Shown here one piece after another: positions 7,958 through 16,962 of a stretch of 64,000 nucleotides of DNA (position 1 is its first letter; every line of letters starts with the position of its first letter). The position numbers were made by a program, and so were the translations under genes. The stretch lies in the IMG/VR virus record IMGVR_UViG_3300017791_000355, positions 32,001-96,000 of that record; one strand, 5' to 3'. This DNA is from a virus. Taxonomy: Duplodnaviria > Caudoviricetes. Under the pieces are notes generated by a model that searched no databases, was not told the DNA's origin, and saw nothing but the letters and a program-made list of their open reading frames with translations.

Positions 7958-8647
7958 ATGCCCTATCCACCACGCAATCCCGAGCAGAATCAGGAGTTCT
8001 TCCCGATTCTGTACGATCACGGCTCGATCTCCGCGACCACCTCGGTCAAGCGGTGGAGGGTGCCGTCGGGTCGCTCGTATCGCATCGATCGGCTCCTCTA
8101 CATCAATCCGACCGGCCTCGTCGAGGACACGACCAACGCGTGTCAGCTCGAGATCAAGACCAGCGCGTCAGCTCTGGCCGACCTGACGTTCACCGTAGCG
8201 AACGCGACCGACCTCGCCACCTCTTCGGCGCACGGCCATGTCACTGGTGCGGGCCCGTTCCGTGTGTTCAACACGGGTGGCGGTCTCCCGACCGGTCTCC
8301 TCGCGTTCACGAACTACTGGCTGATCGTCGTCTCGTCCACGACGTTCAAGTTCGCCACGTCGCGCGCCAACGCGCTCGCGGGCACGGCCATCGACCTGAC
8401 GTCCGACGGCACCGGCACGCAGACTCTGATGCGAAACCTGATCACTCAGGTCTTCCACACCGACTCGGACCTGACGCCTGACATCGGGGCGACGCTCGCA
8501 GTCAACACGTTCCTCGAGTTCACCGCGGACGTCGACGTCATGAATCGCGTCGTCGCGGGCGGCGACACCATCACCCTCGTTCACACCAAGTTCGGCACCG
8601 GCACGCTGCCGGCCGGTTCGCTGATCATCGAAGGCCGTCTCCTCTAG
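7958..8647 (+). CDS. virion structural protein with inserted 'AHG..TG' beta module
   Basis: In head cluster; module shared with the tail terminator and sheath. Confidence 0.6.
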   Translation: MPYPPRNPEQNQEFFPILYDHGSISATTSVKRWRVPSGRSYRIDRLLYINPTGLVEDTTNACQLEIKTSASALADLTFTVANATDLATSSAHGHVTGAGPFRVFNTGGGLPTGLLAFTNYWLIVVSSTTFKFATSRANALAGTAIDLTSDGTGTQTLMRNLITQVFHTDSDLTPDIGATLAVNTFLEFTADVDVMNRVVAGGDTITLVHTKFGTGTLPAGSLIIEGRLL

Positions 8648-8659
8648 GAGTTCCTACAC

Positions 8660-9706
8660 ATGTCCGAGAACATCGCCACCCTCTTCCCCAAGGACCGACT
8701 CCTCGCGATGCTCGCGCACGCGAAGGAGCTCGGCCGGACCGACTACCGTTCCGACGGCTTCGACGACATCCTGAAGTCGTTCCCGTCCGGTGGCGAGTTT
8801 CGTCAGGACGGCGCCGAGGCGTACTACGTCGCGCGCCAGCTCGAGCACATCCGCCAGGGCGTGATCGACGCGGATTTCCCGCCGCTCAAGTCGTCGATGA
8901 TCGTCCCGTTCGACACGTCGCCGGATGACGGTGCCGAGAGCTACACGGTCACCTACGCGAACCGCGCAGGCCGCGCCCGTATCTCGAAGGACATGCGCGG
9001 AATCATCCCGTCGGTCGACATGGACGTCAGCCAGAAGACGTTCTCGATCTACTCGATCCTGCTCGCGTACGGCTACACGCTGCAGGAGGTTCGCGCCGCG
9101 ATGCGCGAGCGCAAGCCGCTGCAGGCGGACCGCGCGCTGCGCTGCCGTCAGCAGATCATGATGGAGATCGACGACATCGCTCTCCTCGGCTACTCGGACG
9201 CAGGCCTCAAGGGCATGTTCACGCTGAGCGGTACCGACACGTTCGCTACCCCGGTCGGCGCGGGCGCCTCGAAGTCGTGGGCTGCCAAGACTCCGACCGA
9301 GATCCTCTCCGACTGGAACGGTTCGGTGAGCCAGGTCGTCGTGAACACCCTCGAGATCGAGGTGCCGGACACCACCGTGCTCCCGACCTCCACGTTCGAG
9401 GACGTCACCACTCGTCGCGTCGGCGACGGTACCAGCGACGTGATCGCGACGTACTTCAAGAGGAACAACCCGCACATCACGATGGTCGAGTCGTCGCACA
9501 AGCTCGAGTCGAACTCGGGTTGGACCGGCAAGCGGATGGTCAACTTCAAGAAGGACCCGCTGAAGGTCGCCATGATCCTCCCGGTACCGTTCGAGCAGCT
9601 CTCGCCGAAGGTCGAGCCGACCGAGACCACGGTCGTGTGTCACGCACGCACCGCCGGCGTCGTCGCCCACCGTCCGAAGAGCGTGGTCTACACCGACGAG
9701 ATCTGA
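8660..9706 (+). CDS. major capsid protein (DUF2184/HK97 fold)
   Basis: ARQLEHI, YGYTLQE, G-MF, RTAGV...P pattern; strong RBS AGGAG; followed by a terminator. Confidence 0.9.
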   Translation: MSENIATLFPKDRLLAMLAHAKELGRTDYRSDGFDDILKSFPSGGEFRQDGAEAYYVARQLEHIRQGVIDADFPPLKSSMIVPFDTSPDDGAESYTVTYANRAGRARISKDMRGIIPSVDMDVSQKTFSIYSILLAYGYTLQEVRAAMRERKPLQADRALRCRQQIMMEIDDIALLGYSDAGLKGMFTLSGTDTFATPVGAGASKSWAAKTPTEILSDWNGSVSQVVVNTLEIEVPDTTVLPTSTFEDVTTRRVGDGTSDVIATYFKRNNPHITMVESSHKLESNSGWTGKRMVNFKKDPLKVAMILPVPFEQLSPKVEPTETTVVCHARTAGVVAHRPKSVVYTDEI

Positions 9707-9737
9707 GTCACTGGCGCGGGACGCGCGCCCCATCGAC

Positions 9738-9768
9738 GCCCCGCGCTCCCCGAGCGTCGGGGCTTTTT
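9738..9768 (+). terminator. intrinsic terminator after the MCP
   Basis: GCCCCGCGCTC-CCC-GAGCGTCGGGGC followed by TTTTT. Confidence 0.8.
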
Positions 9769-9786
9769 CGTTTCTGAGGAGCAACA

Positions 9787-10392
9787 ATGCGCCGTTACCC
9801 AGTATCAGGATCTGGTCAGTTTGCAGCTGTCTCGACGTCCGCAGTCGCGGCTGCGAGCGCCCTCGTGTCTGGCGCGGACTACGTATTCGCGTGCTCGACC
9901 AACTGCTACATGCGACAGGGAACGGCGCTGAAGATCACGTGCGTCGCGAAGGCCAACTTCGCGGACACCGACTTCATCACGATCACCGTCAACACCGTTC
10001 CCGTCACGTACGAGTTCGACACGGCCGGTAACGGCGTCACTGCCGGGCGCGTTCAGGTCAACATTTCCGGAGCGACGACCGCCGCGGACTGCGCAGCGAT
10101 TCTTCGGACCGCGATCCTGGCAAATCAGGCGTCGCTGCGCGTTGTCGACCCTACCGACGGCACACTACAGGTTGACCTCGTCGACTCTCGCGGTCTCACC
10201 ATCGACGAGACCGTCGCGAACGCTGGCTTCACGATCACCGCGGGCATCATGCAGGCCTCCGCGGTCGCCGGATCTACCTACGTACCGGCTGGCGTGATCT
10301 TTGACATCGACGGCGTCCGAGGAGCGCAGGTCGGCGCAATCCGCGACAGCGCGGACGGCCGCTCCACGGTCACTCGCTACACGACCAAGTAG
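9787..10392 (+). CDS. virion structural protein, hypothetical
   Basis: RBS GAGGAG; Thr/Ala-rich beta content. Confidence 0.65.
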   Translation: MRRYPVSGSGQFAAVSTSAVAAASALVSGADYVFACSTNCYMRQGTALKITCVAKANFADTDFITITVNTVPVTYEFDTAGNGVTAGRVQVNISGATTAADCAAILRTAILANQASLRVVDPTDGTLQVDLVDSRGLTIDETVANAGFTITAGIMQASAVAGSTYVPAGVIFDIDGVRGAQVGAIRDSADGRSTVTRYTTK

Positions 10393-10397
10393 AAGTC

Positions 10398-10766
10398 ATG
10401 ACTCCGATTGTCAAGCAGGACGTGCTCGACTTCGCGGCCGAACTCTCGACGGTTCCGGACGCCGCGTGGACCAAGATCCTCGCGCACGTCAATCAGATCA
10501 ACTTGACCTCCGACGACACTGACGAGGATCGCGTACTCGCGCGCATCTACCTCGCGGCTCACATCGGCAAGAAGATCAAGCCAGGAAGCAACACGAGCGC
10601 CGCCGGGCCGGTGACATCGGAGTCTGTAGGTGGCGTTCGACGGTCGTACGCCAGCGTGATCGCGACCTCGACCGCAAACAGTTCACTACAGACCACGCCG
10701 TACGGGCAGCTCTACCTGGAGCTCCTGACCGGAACGTTCTGCAACGGACCTCAGTTGGGTGGGTAA
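10398..10766 (+). CDS. head-tail adaptor (DUF4054-like)
   Basis: YLAAH...GPVTSESVGGVRRSY...TPYGQLYL. Confidence 0.85.
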   Translation: MTPIVKQDVLDFAAELSTVPDAAWTKILAHVNQINLTSDDTDEDRVLARIYLAAHIGKKIKPGSNTSAAGPVTSESVGGVRRSYASVIATSTANSSLQTTPYGQLYLELLTGTFCNGPQLGG

Positions 10767-10769
10767 CGA

Positions 10770-11333
10770 GTGCCGATTCAGACTAGACGAGGAGTCAAGT
10801 TCGAGTATCGCGACTTCGGTCTGAAGAAGATCCTCGACGACGTCGCACGTGCGAACCTCACCCAGCTTCGCGTCGGAGTTGTCGGCGCGAAGGCTTCCCA
10901 GCCAACTGCAGACGGACGACTGACCAACGCAGAAAACGCGGTCATTCAGCAGTACGGGCTGGCAGGTCCACCTGGTTCACCGCCTCGCGACTTCTTGAAC
11001 CAACCGTTCACGAGTGCACGCTACCAGGTCGCGAGCATCATGCGACGGGTTGTCGGGCGAATCATCCGAGGTGAGACCTCCGAACAGGCTCTCGACTGGG
11101 CAGGCTACGAACTCGAGAAGATCTCGCGAGACGCCATCATGGGTCCTCCCGGTATCTCGCCGCACAACGCACCGTTCACGATCCAGAAGAAGGGTTTCGA
11201 TCACCCGCTCATCGATCATCTCAACCTCTACGACGCCATCTCTCACAGAGTGGTTCGCGAGGGCGGGGACGTGCTCGAGGCCGGATCGTCGGTCGGCGAC
11301 TTCGAGTCGTTCGAGATCGGGGGCGGGGAGTAA
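10770..11333 (+). CDS. neck/tail completion protein
   Basis: VGV, PPRDFL, NAPFTIQKKGFDHPLID motifs. Confidence 0.8.
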   Translation: MPIQTRRGVKFEYRDFGLKKILDDVARANLTQLRVGVVGAKASQPTADGRLTNAENAVIQQYGLAGPPGSPPRDFLNQPFTSARYQVASIMRRVVGRIIRGETSEQALDWAGYELEKISRDAIMGPPGISPHNAPFTIQKKGFDHPLIDHLNLYDAISHRVVREGGDVLEAGSSVGDFESFEIGGGE

Positions 11334-11716
11334 TGTCGGTCAACGACAGCATCTCTAGTCTCGGCAACGCGACGTTGACCGTGACTCGGACCGTTGAAGG
11401 TGTGTACGTCAACGGGATCTACGTTCCAGGTTCGACGAGCACGTTCCCGATCGACGTCGTCATCCAGCCTGCGTTCAACCTGAATCGAATCATCGGTGGC
11501 GCCGACCTCGAAGGTGCGGTCGACAACCAGCGCGTTCAAGAGATCTACCAGATCCACACGACGACGTTGTTGAAGACTCGGACTCCGACAACGGACCCGG
11601 ACGTCGTCTCCTACAAGGGGGCTAACTGGACAGTCGCTCGCGTCGAGGAGTGGGACCTTGACGGTGAGGTGCACTACCACGTAGTCATTACCAAGCAGAC
11701 TAAAGGAGCTAGCTAG
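11333..11716 (+). CDS. head closure protein
   Basis: Synteny; D-V-Y-G-W-V pattern. Confidence 0.7.
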   Translation: MSVNDSISSLGNATLTVTRTVEGVYVNGIYVPGSTSTFPIDVVIQPAFNLNRIIGGADLEGAVDNQRVQEIYQIHTTTLLKTRTPTTDPDVVSYKGANWTVARVEEWDLDGEVHYHVVITKQTKGAS

Positions 11717-14064
11717 TGCCGGCGGGCGGAATCGACTGGACCACCGTTCTCGCGGCCATGCACTCGTGGGTCGTGAGCGGGAGCGGTCTATCTTCGCAGC
11801 AGGTTGTTTGGGGACAGCAGGACGCCCCGCGCCCCGAGTTCCCGGCCCTGACCCTTCGAATCTCTAACATCAGCGACATCGGCTCGACGTGGATTGACTT
11901 CGTCGACAAGCCGTTTGTGTTTGCGGACAAGTTGGTGTCGTCGATCAACCTGGGCACCGGCGCGCTCACTTCGACTGCGCACGGCCTACTTACCGGCGAC
12001 GGACCCGTTCGACTCTCGTCGACAGGTACTTACCCGAGCACTGATCCAGTCGTCGACGCAAGTACTGACCTCTGGATCATCAAGGTGGACGCGAATTCTT
12101 TCCAGCTCGCGTACACGTTTCAGAATGCGATGGCGTTGACGCCGGTACCTGTCGAGTTCACGACCGGCGGCTCGGGCATCATCACCGTCAGTGACACTCC
12201 AGCCACGGTACGGGCCGGTCAGGAGCTTCAGGCAGTAGCTCGCGGACTCATTCGAGCGACCCTGGAGATTCGGTGTCATGCCGACTTGACGATCGGCCCG
12301 AACATGGCGGTCGCGATCCTTCAAAGGATCCGAACTCGTTATCAGTGGCCGAGTCAACAAGCGCTCCTCGAGGCCGCGAACGTCACGCTTCAAGACATTG
12401 ATCGCGTCCGCGCGATCATGGGTACGCGCGACGACTTCCTGTTCGAACCTCGAGCGTATCTCGACGTGCACATGTGCATCCCAGTCGAGGAAGGCGAGAA
12501 CGCCACGATTATCGAGCGCGTAATCGCGACAAACCAGATTCCGACACCTGAGCACGTGTTCGAGATTCCCACGCCCGTGGTCCCACCGGCTGCTGTCGCA
12601 CCACCTCCGGCCGGCGAGAAGTGGTTGCTGGTGATGATCGGACAGTCCAACGACATCGGCTTCATGAGTGCGTCAGCTCAGACCTTCTACGGTACCGATC
12701 TGACGTTGTCGGACCCGCGTGGGCAGATCATCGATCGCAACGCCTCCGCATTCGCGAATCCTCCAAACTTCATCGACGAGGGACCTCGCGACTTGTCCCC
12801 ACGGTCGATCGCTCTCGGAGGTTCCTACGTCTCCGGGACCGGAGGCATCGAATTGACCGAGGCCCGCGAGATCATGAATCGCACGCCTCACACGGTCTAC
12901 GTGGGGAAGATGGGCATCGACGGCTCGTCGCTGATTACGGGCTGGGACAACCCGGCGTACCCGATCGGCGGAACTTCGCTCGCTAACTTGTTGCTCGCTC
13001 GCATCGCTACGTGGTTGACGCTCTTCGGAGTCGACGCCAACCACATCATCATCCAGTTCATCCAAGGTGAAGCTGACACCGGACAGGCCTACGCGACCAT
13101 TCTGGCAGCGCTGCAGTCCTTCCTCGTCACGAAGTTGCGCGGAACATATCCGAACGCGTATCTCGCGCTGGGTCGACTCAGCAACAAGAACGACAACATC
13201 GGCAACTACCGAACCGCGCAGGAGTCGTTCTACTCGATCACTCCAAATACTACGATCTTCTACAACGACGACCTCGGTCTGCGCGACGCCGCCCACCTCA
13301 CCGACAATGGTTATGCCCAGCACGGTGTGTACGCCGCAGACGCCGTCATCCCGATGATGATGGCAACCACTCCGACGTCGCCCCGGTACATCGCTACTGG
13401 ACCGTTTGTGATCGCGGGCTCGGGTGTAGGCGCTACCCCCGTGCTACCGAAGCACTTGGCGGGCGACATCATCATCGTTTGGGCGACGGCGCTCGGTAAC
13501 AACGCGTACACGCTCACCACCGCTAACGGATTTGTCGAGGGCACAGCGTCCCCGCAACACGACGGAACGAATTCTTTGGCGGCGCGCGCTCAGTACTGGT
13601 GGGTTCGTGCTGACCAACCGACGATGGATGCGAACGGTGGGCAGATGCCGGCACCTGTCATCGGTGACGTCGCAGGTGACGACTTCAAGATGTTCGCGGC
13701 CAGTGTTTATCGAGGCTGCGTCTCGAGTGGCAACCCGATCAACACCGCGGTCGGGTCGACGGCACCATCAGGGACCGCAGTCGTCTTCCCCGCGATCACG
13801 ACCACGGCGCCGAACTGCTTGGTCATCAACTACATCGCGTATCGAGTGGATGACCCGGCAAACGCGTCTCAGGTTTCTGGCTGGTCGAACCCGGACATCG
13901 CACCGCTAACCGAGCTTATCGACAAGGACACCAACAGCGGTCAGGGCTTCGGCATGGGGAAGGCCGTCGGGTTCAAGGCCGCGAGCGGATCCGTCCAGGC
14001 AACGACTGCGACTCTAGGCACCGCGAGCACGATGGCGCTGCTCACGGTTGCCCTCAAGGCCTGA
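11716..14064 (+). CDS. tail terminator fused to SGNH (sialate O-acetylesterase-like) domain and a C-terminal beta domain
   Basis: N-term VVWGQQDAPRPEFP; SGNH blocks GQSN, QGEAD, DAAH after a Pro-rich linker. Confidence 0.75.
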   Translation: MPAGGIDWTTVLAAMHSWVVSGSGLSSQQVVWGQQDAPRPEFPALTLRISNISDIGSTWIDFVDKPFVFADKLVSSINLGTGALTSTAHGLLTGDGPVRLSSTGTYPSTDPVVDASTDLWIIKVDANSFQLAYTFQNAMALTPVPVEFTTGGSGIITVSDTPATVRAGQELQAVARGLIRATLEIRCHADLTIGPNMAVAILQRIRTRYQWPSQQALLEAANVTLQDIDRVRAIMGTRDDFLFEPRAYLDVHMCIPVEEGENATIIERVIATNQIPTPEHVFEIPTPVVPPAAVAPPPAGEKWLLVMIGQSNDIGFMSASAQTFYGTDLTLSDPRGQIIDRNASAFANPPNFIDEGPRDLSPRSIALGGSYVSGTGGIELTEAREIMNRTPHTVYVGKMGIDGSSLITGWDNPAYPIGGTSLANLLLARIATWLTLFGVDANHIIIQFIQGEADTGQAYATILAALQSFLVTKLRGTYPNAYLALGRLSNKNDNIGNYRTAQESFYSITPNTTIFYNDDLGLRDAAHLTDNGYAQHGVYAADAVIPMMMATTPTSPRYIATGPFVIAGSGVGATPVLPKHLAGDIIIVWATALGNNAYTLTTANGFVEGTASPQHDGTNSLAARAQYWWVRADQPTMDANGGQMPAPVIGDVAGDDFKMFAASVYRGCVSSGNPINTAVGSTAPSGTAVVFPAITTTAPNCLVINYIAYRVDDPANASQVSGWSNPDIAPLTELIDKDTNSGQGFGMGKAVGFKAASGSVQATTATLGTASTMALLTVALKA

Positions 14065-14117
14065 CGAGCAGCGATCAATCAGGCACTTGCGACCCAGACG
14101 CTGTCCAGGGGACGTTA

Positions 14118-14167
14118 TGCAAGGTTCGGGCCAAGTCTGCTAGGCTGTCCAGGATTCCTTCCTGGAG
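14118..14167. promoter_or_regulatory. reverse sigma54-like site plus GTCCAGG-N7-CCTGGAG palindrome upstream of the sheath
   Basis: Minus TGGCCCG-AACC-TTGCA (14133-14118); palindrome 14147-14167. Confidence 0.55.
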
Positions 14168-14173
14168 GCCGCC

Positions 14174-15805
14174 TTGGGTTCGCTCGCCGACCACGTAACC
14201 ATCACAATCACCGCGGACACGCTCGGCGTACCACGGGCCGGGTTCGGGGTGCCGATGGTTTTGTCGGCGACCGCGACATTCCCCGAGCGCATCCGCTTCT
14301 ACGACGACCTCGCTGGCGTCGCCGCGGACTTCCCGGTGACGACCTCGGCCGAGTATCTCGCAGCCTCCGCGATCTTCAGCCAGAACCCTCACCCGGAGCA
14401 GATGGCGATCGGCCGCGCGATCGGTAAGCCGACGCAGAAGTACCGCATCGACGTCTCGTCGGTGACCGTCGGCGCGACCTACGGGATCAACGTCAAGGGC
14501 AAGGGTGTGACGGCGACCGAGTGTCGCTACACGACGCTTGCCGACATCACGTTCACGGCCGCGAACGCGACCGAGCTCTTCACGTCGGCGAGCCACGGGA
14601 TGGTGACGGGCGACGGCCCGTTCCGCGTCAGCAACTCCGGTGGCGCGCTTCCGACCGGACTCGCGGTCGACACCGACTACTGGGTGATCGCGGACGCCAC
14701 CTTGCCTGGTGGTGACGCGGTCAACACGTTCCAACTCGCGACATCGCGCGCGAACGCGCTCTCGAGCACCGAACTCACGATCACCACTGACGGTACCGGT
14801 ACGCAGACTCTGCGTCGCAACCAAAACGACGTCATCTGTGCCCAGCTTCTCCAGGACCTGAACGCGGTCGTTGGCAAGAACTACACCGCAGTTCAGCAGG
14901 TCGGTGCGGGCGAGACCGACTTCCTCGAGGTCACCGGGACCAATCCAGGTGACTGGTTCTCGCTCGAGGTCACCGACGTATCGCTGCTCAAGAACACGCA
15001 GACACACGTCGAGCCCGGAACGACGCTGGCGACTGATCTCGGAAACATCTCGAACGAGAACAACAGCTGGTACGCGCTCATCACGTTCTACAACAGTGAA
15101 CCCTGCGTCAAGGCCGCGGCTGCGTACATCGAGACCGTCAAGAAGCTGTACCTCCCGCTGATCTGCGACTCGGAAACGGTCACTCTGGCGTCGGCTGGGA
15201 CGGGTAACAGTGACTGCGTCGACGACCTGAAGTTCCTCGGCTACAAGCGCACGGCAGTCGTGTACCACCCGTCGCCGGCGTCGATGCTCGCGTCCGCGTG
15301 GTTGGGCACGCGTCTGCCCTACACTCCGGGCTCCGAGACTTGGAAGTTCGCGTCTCCAGCCGGCGTGTCCGCGTACACGCTGACGTCGACACACAAGACG
15401 AACCTTCGGGCGAAGAACGCCAACACGATCGAGTCCCTCGGCGGAACGAACCGCATGTGGGAGGGCAAGACTGCAAGTGGTCAGTTCATCGACGTGACTC
15501 GCGGCCTCGACTGGCTCGAGGACGACATGCAGGTCGCGGTCTACAACGCGCTCGCGGGTGCGCTGAAGGTCCCCTACACGGACCAGGGCATCGCGCTCAT
15601 CGAGAACGCGGTCCGCGGATCGCTCGAGCGTGCTGTCCAGAACGGACTTCTGGCTAACGACCCTGCACCCGTCGTGGTCGTGCCAAAGGCGAGCGCCGTG
15701 GCGACCACCGATAAGTCGGCGCGCACGCTGCCCGACGTGAAGTTCAGCGGAACGCTGGCCGGAGCCGTCCACAAGGTCATCGTGACCGGCGTGGTGAGCG
15801 TCTAG
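14174..15805 (+). CDS. tail sheath protein (DUF3383-like)
   Basis: PGSETWKF, GQFIDVTRGLDWL, KVPYTDQG, LAGAVHKV. Confidence 0.9.
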   Translation: MGSLADHVTITITADTLGVPRAGFGVPMVLSATATFPERIRFYDDLAGVAADFPVTTSAEYLAASAIFSQNPHPEQMAIGRAIGKPTQKYRIDVSSVTVGATYGINVKGKGVTATECRYTTLADITFTAANATELFTSASHGMVTGDGPFRVSNSGGALPTGLAVDTDYWVIADATLPGGDAVNTFQLATSRANALSSTELTITTDGTGTQTLRRNQNDVICAQLLQDLNAVVGKNYTAVQQVGAGETDFLEVTGTNPGDWFSLEVTDVSLLKNTQTHVEPGTTLATDLGNISNENNSWYALITFYNSEPCVKAAAAYIETVKKLYLPLICDSETVTLASAGTGNSDCVDDLKFLGYKRTAVVYHPSPASMLASAWLGTRLPYTPGSETWKFASPAGVSAYTLTSTHKTNLRAKNANTIESLGGTNRMWEGKTASGQFIDVTRGLDWLEDDMQVAVYNALAGALKVPYTDQGIALIENAVRGSLERAVQNGLLANDPAPVVVVPKASAVATTDKSARTLPDVKFSGTLAGAVHKVIVTGVVSV

Positions 15806-15820
15806 TCCAGGGAGTCATCG

Positions 15821-16252
15821 ATGGCATCGTTCAAGACGTACAACCCGGCACTCGTCACCGTCTCCTTCGACGGGATCAACGTCACTGGCTTCATGGACGG
15901 AACGTTCGTGGAGGCTGAGCGCGACGAGGACACCTTCACCAAGCACGTCGGCGCGACCGGCGACGTTACGCGGACGCGAAACCTGAACACGTCCGGCAAG
16001 GTCACGATCACGTTGGTCGCCGCGTCGCCGACGAACGACCTGCTCGCAATCAAGTTCGCTACCGATGAGATCCTCGGGTTCGGCTACGGATCGCTTCAGG
16101 TCAAGGACCTGAGCGGAACCATGCTCTGTCGTGCCACTCAGGCGTGGATCACGAAGCCGCCCAAGATCGAGCGTGCGAAGGAGTCTGGGTCGTGTGTGTG
16201 GGTCTTCGAGTGCGCGGATCTGAAGGTCTTCGCTGGCGGGAACGTGATCTGA
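15821..16252 (+). CDS. tail tube protein (DUF3277-like)
   Basis: TYNP...GFMDG...VGATG...SPTND; follows the sheath. Confidence 0.9.
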   Translation: MASFKTYNPALVTVSFDGINVTGFMDGTFVEAERDEDTFTKHVGATGDVTRTRNLNTSGKVTITLVAASPTNDLLAIKFATDEILGFGYGSLQVKDLSGTMLCRATQAWITKPPKIERAKESGSCVWVFECADLKVFAGGNVI

Positions 16253-16680
16253 TGATCAAGCAAGAGACACGCTTCATCGAGGACATGCAGTTCACTTGCA
16301 CGCAGTTTGCCGCGATGCGGGCATTCACGATGCTTGGAAAGCTGGCGAAGACGATCGGTCCGGTGATCACAGTGCTTAGCGGTGTCGATCCGCAGACCGA
16401 CATCGTGACCATCGCACCGCAACTCGCGGATGCGATGAAGGACCTCGATCCCGACGCAACGACTGCACTGGCCGTCGAGATGCTGTCGAATACAACGGTG
16501 ACGCTGAACGGTCAGCCGATCCCGCTCAACTCCGAGACGAACATCAACCTCGCGTTCAGCGGCAAGTTGATGGTGATGTTCCGCGTGCTCGCGTTCGCGC
16601 TGGGAGTGAACTACGGGGATTTTTTCTCCGCGATCGGTCCAGCCGCCGCCCAGCAGCCGACCGCGGTCGCGAACGCGTAG
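16252..16680 (+). CDS. tail assembly chaperone (short form)
   Basis: Between tube and tape measure; ends ...VNYGDFF. Confidence 0.8.
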   Translation: MIKQETRFIEDMQFTCTQFAAMRAFTMLGKLAKTIGPVITVLSGVDPQTDIVTIAPQLADAMKDLDPDATTALAVEMLSNTTVTLNGQPIPLNSETNINLAFSGKLMVMFRVLAFALGVNYGDFFSAIGPAAAQQPTAVANA

Positions 16681-16889
16681 CGCGACCTACTACCGAACTC
16701 CCAGAGCATATCCAGATCTGTCTGCCGTGCTTTCAGCTGGTGGAGACGCGTCGGATCACGTGGACGGAGGTCAGCACGTCGATGTCGATCACCGATGTCC
16801 TCGACGCGATCGACGCGTTGAACTTCATCATGGGGCAGAAGAACGCGGTCCGCGAGATGTCCGAGGACGAGTACGACGACCCGGAGTAG
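16252..16889 (+). CDS. tail assembly chaperone, -1 frameshift long form
   Basis: Slippery T TTT TTC at 16620-16626; -1 frame open to TAG at 16889. Confidence 0.75.
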
Positions 16890-16962
16890 TGGTCCGGACT
16901 CCTAGTTGGGTCAAACTACAGCCCTGGACGGAGAACAGTCCAGAGAAGGGAAGACGAGCTAA

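Noticed and set aside
11794-11810. Self-target of repeat unit A (TCgCAgCAgGT)
   Set aside because: Matches only 4 of 12 dinucleotides in the one-base-gap model, which is expected by chance.
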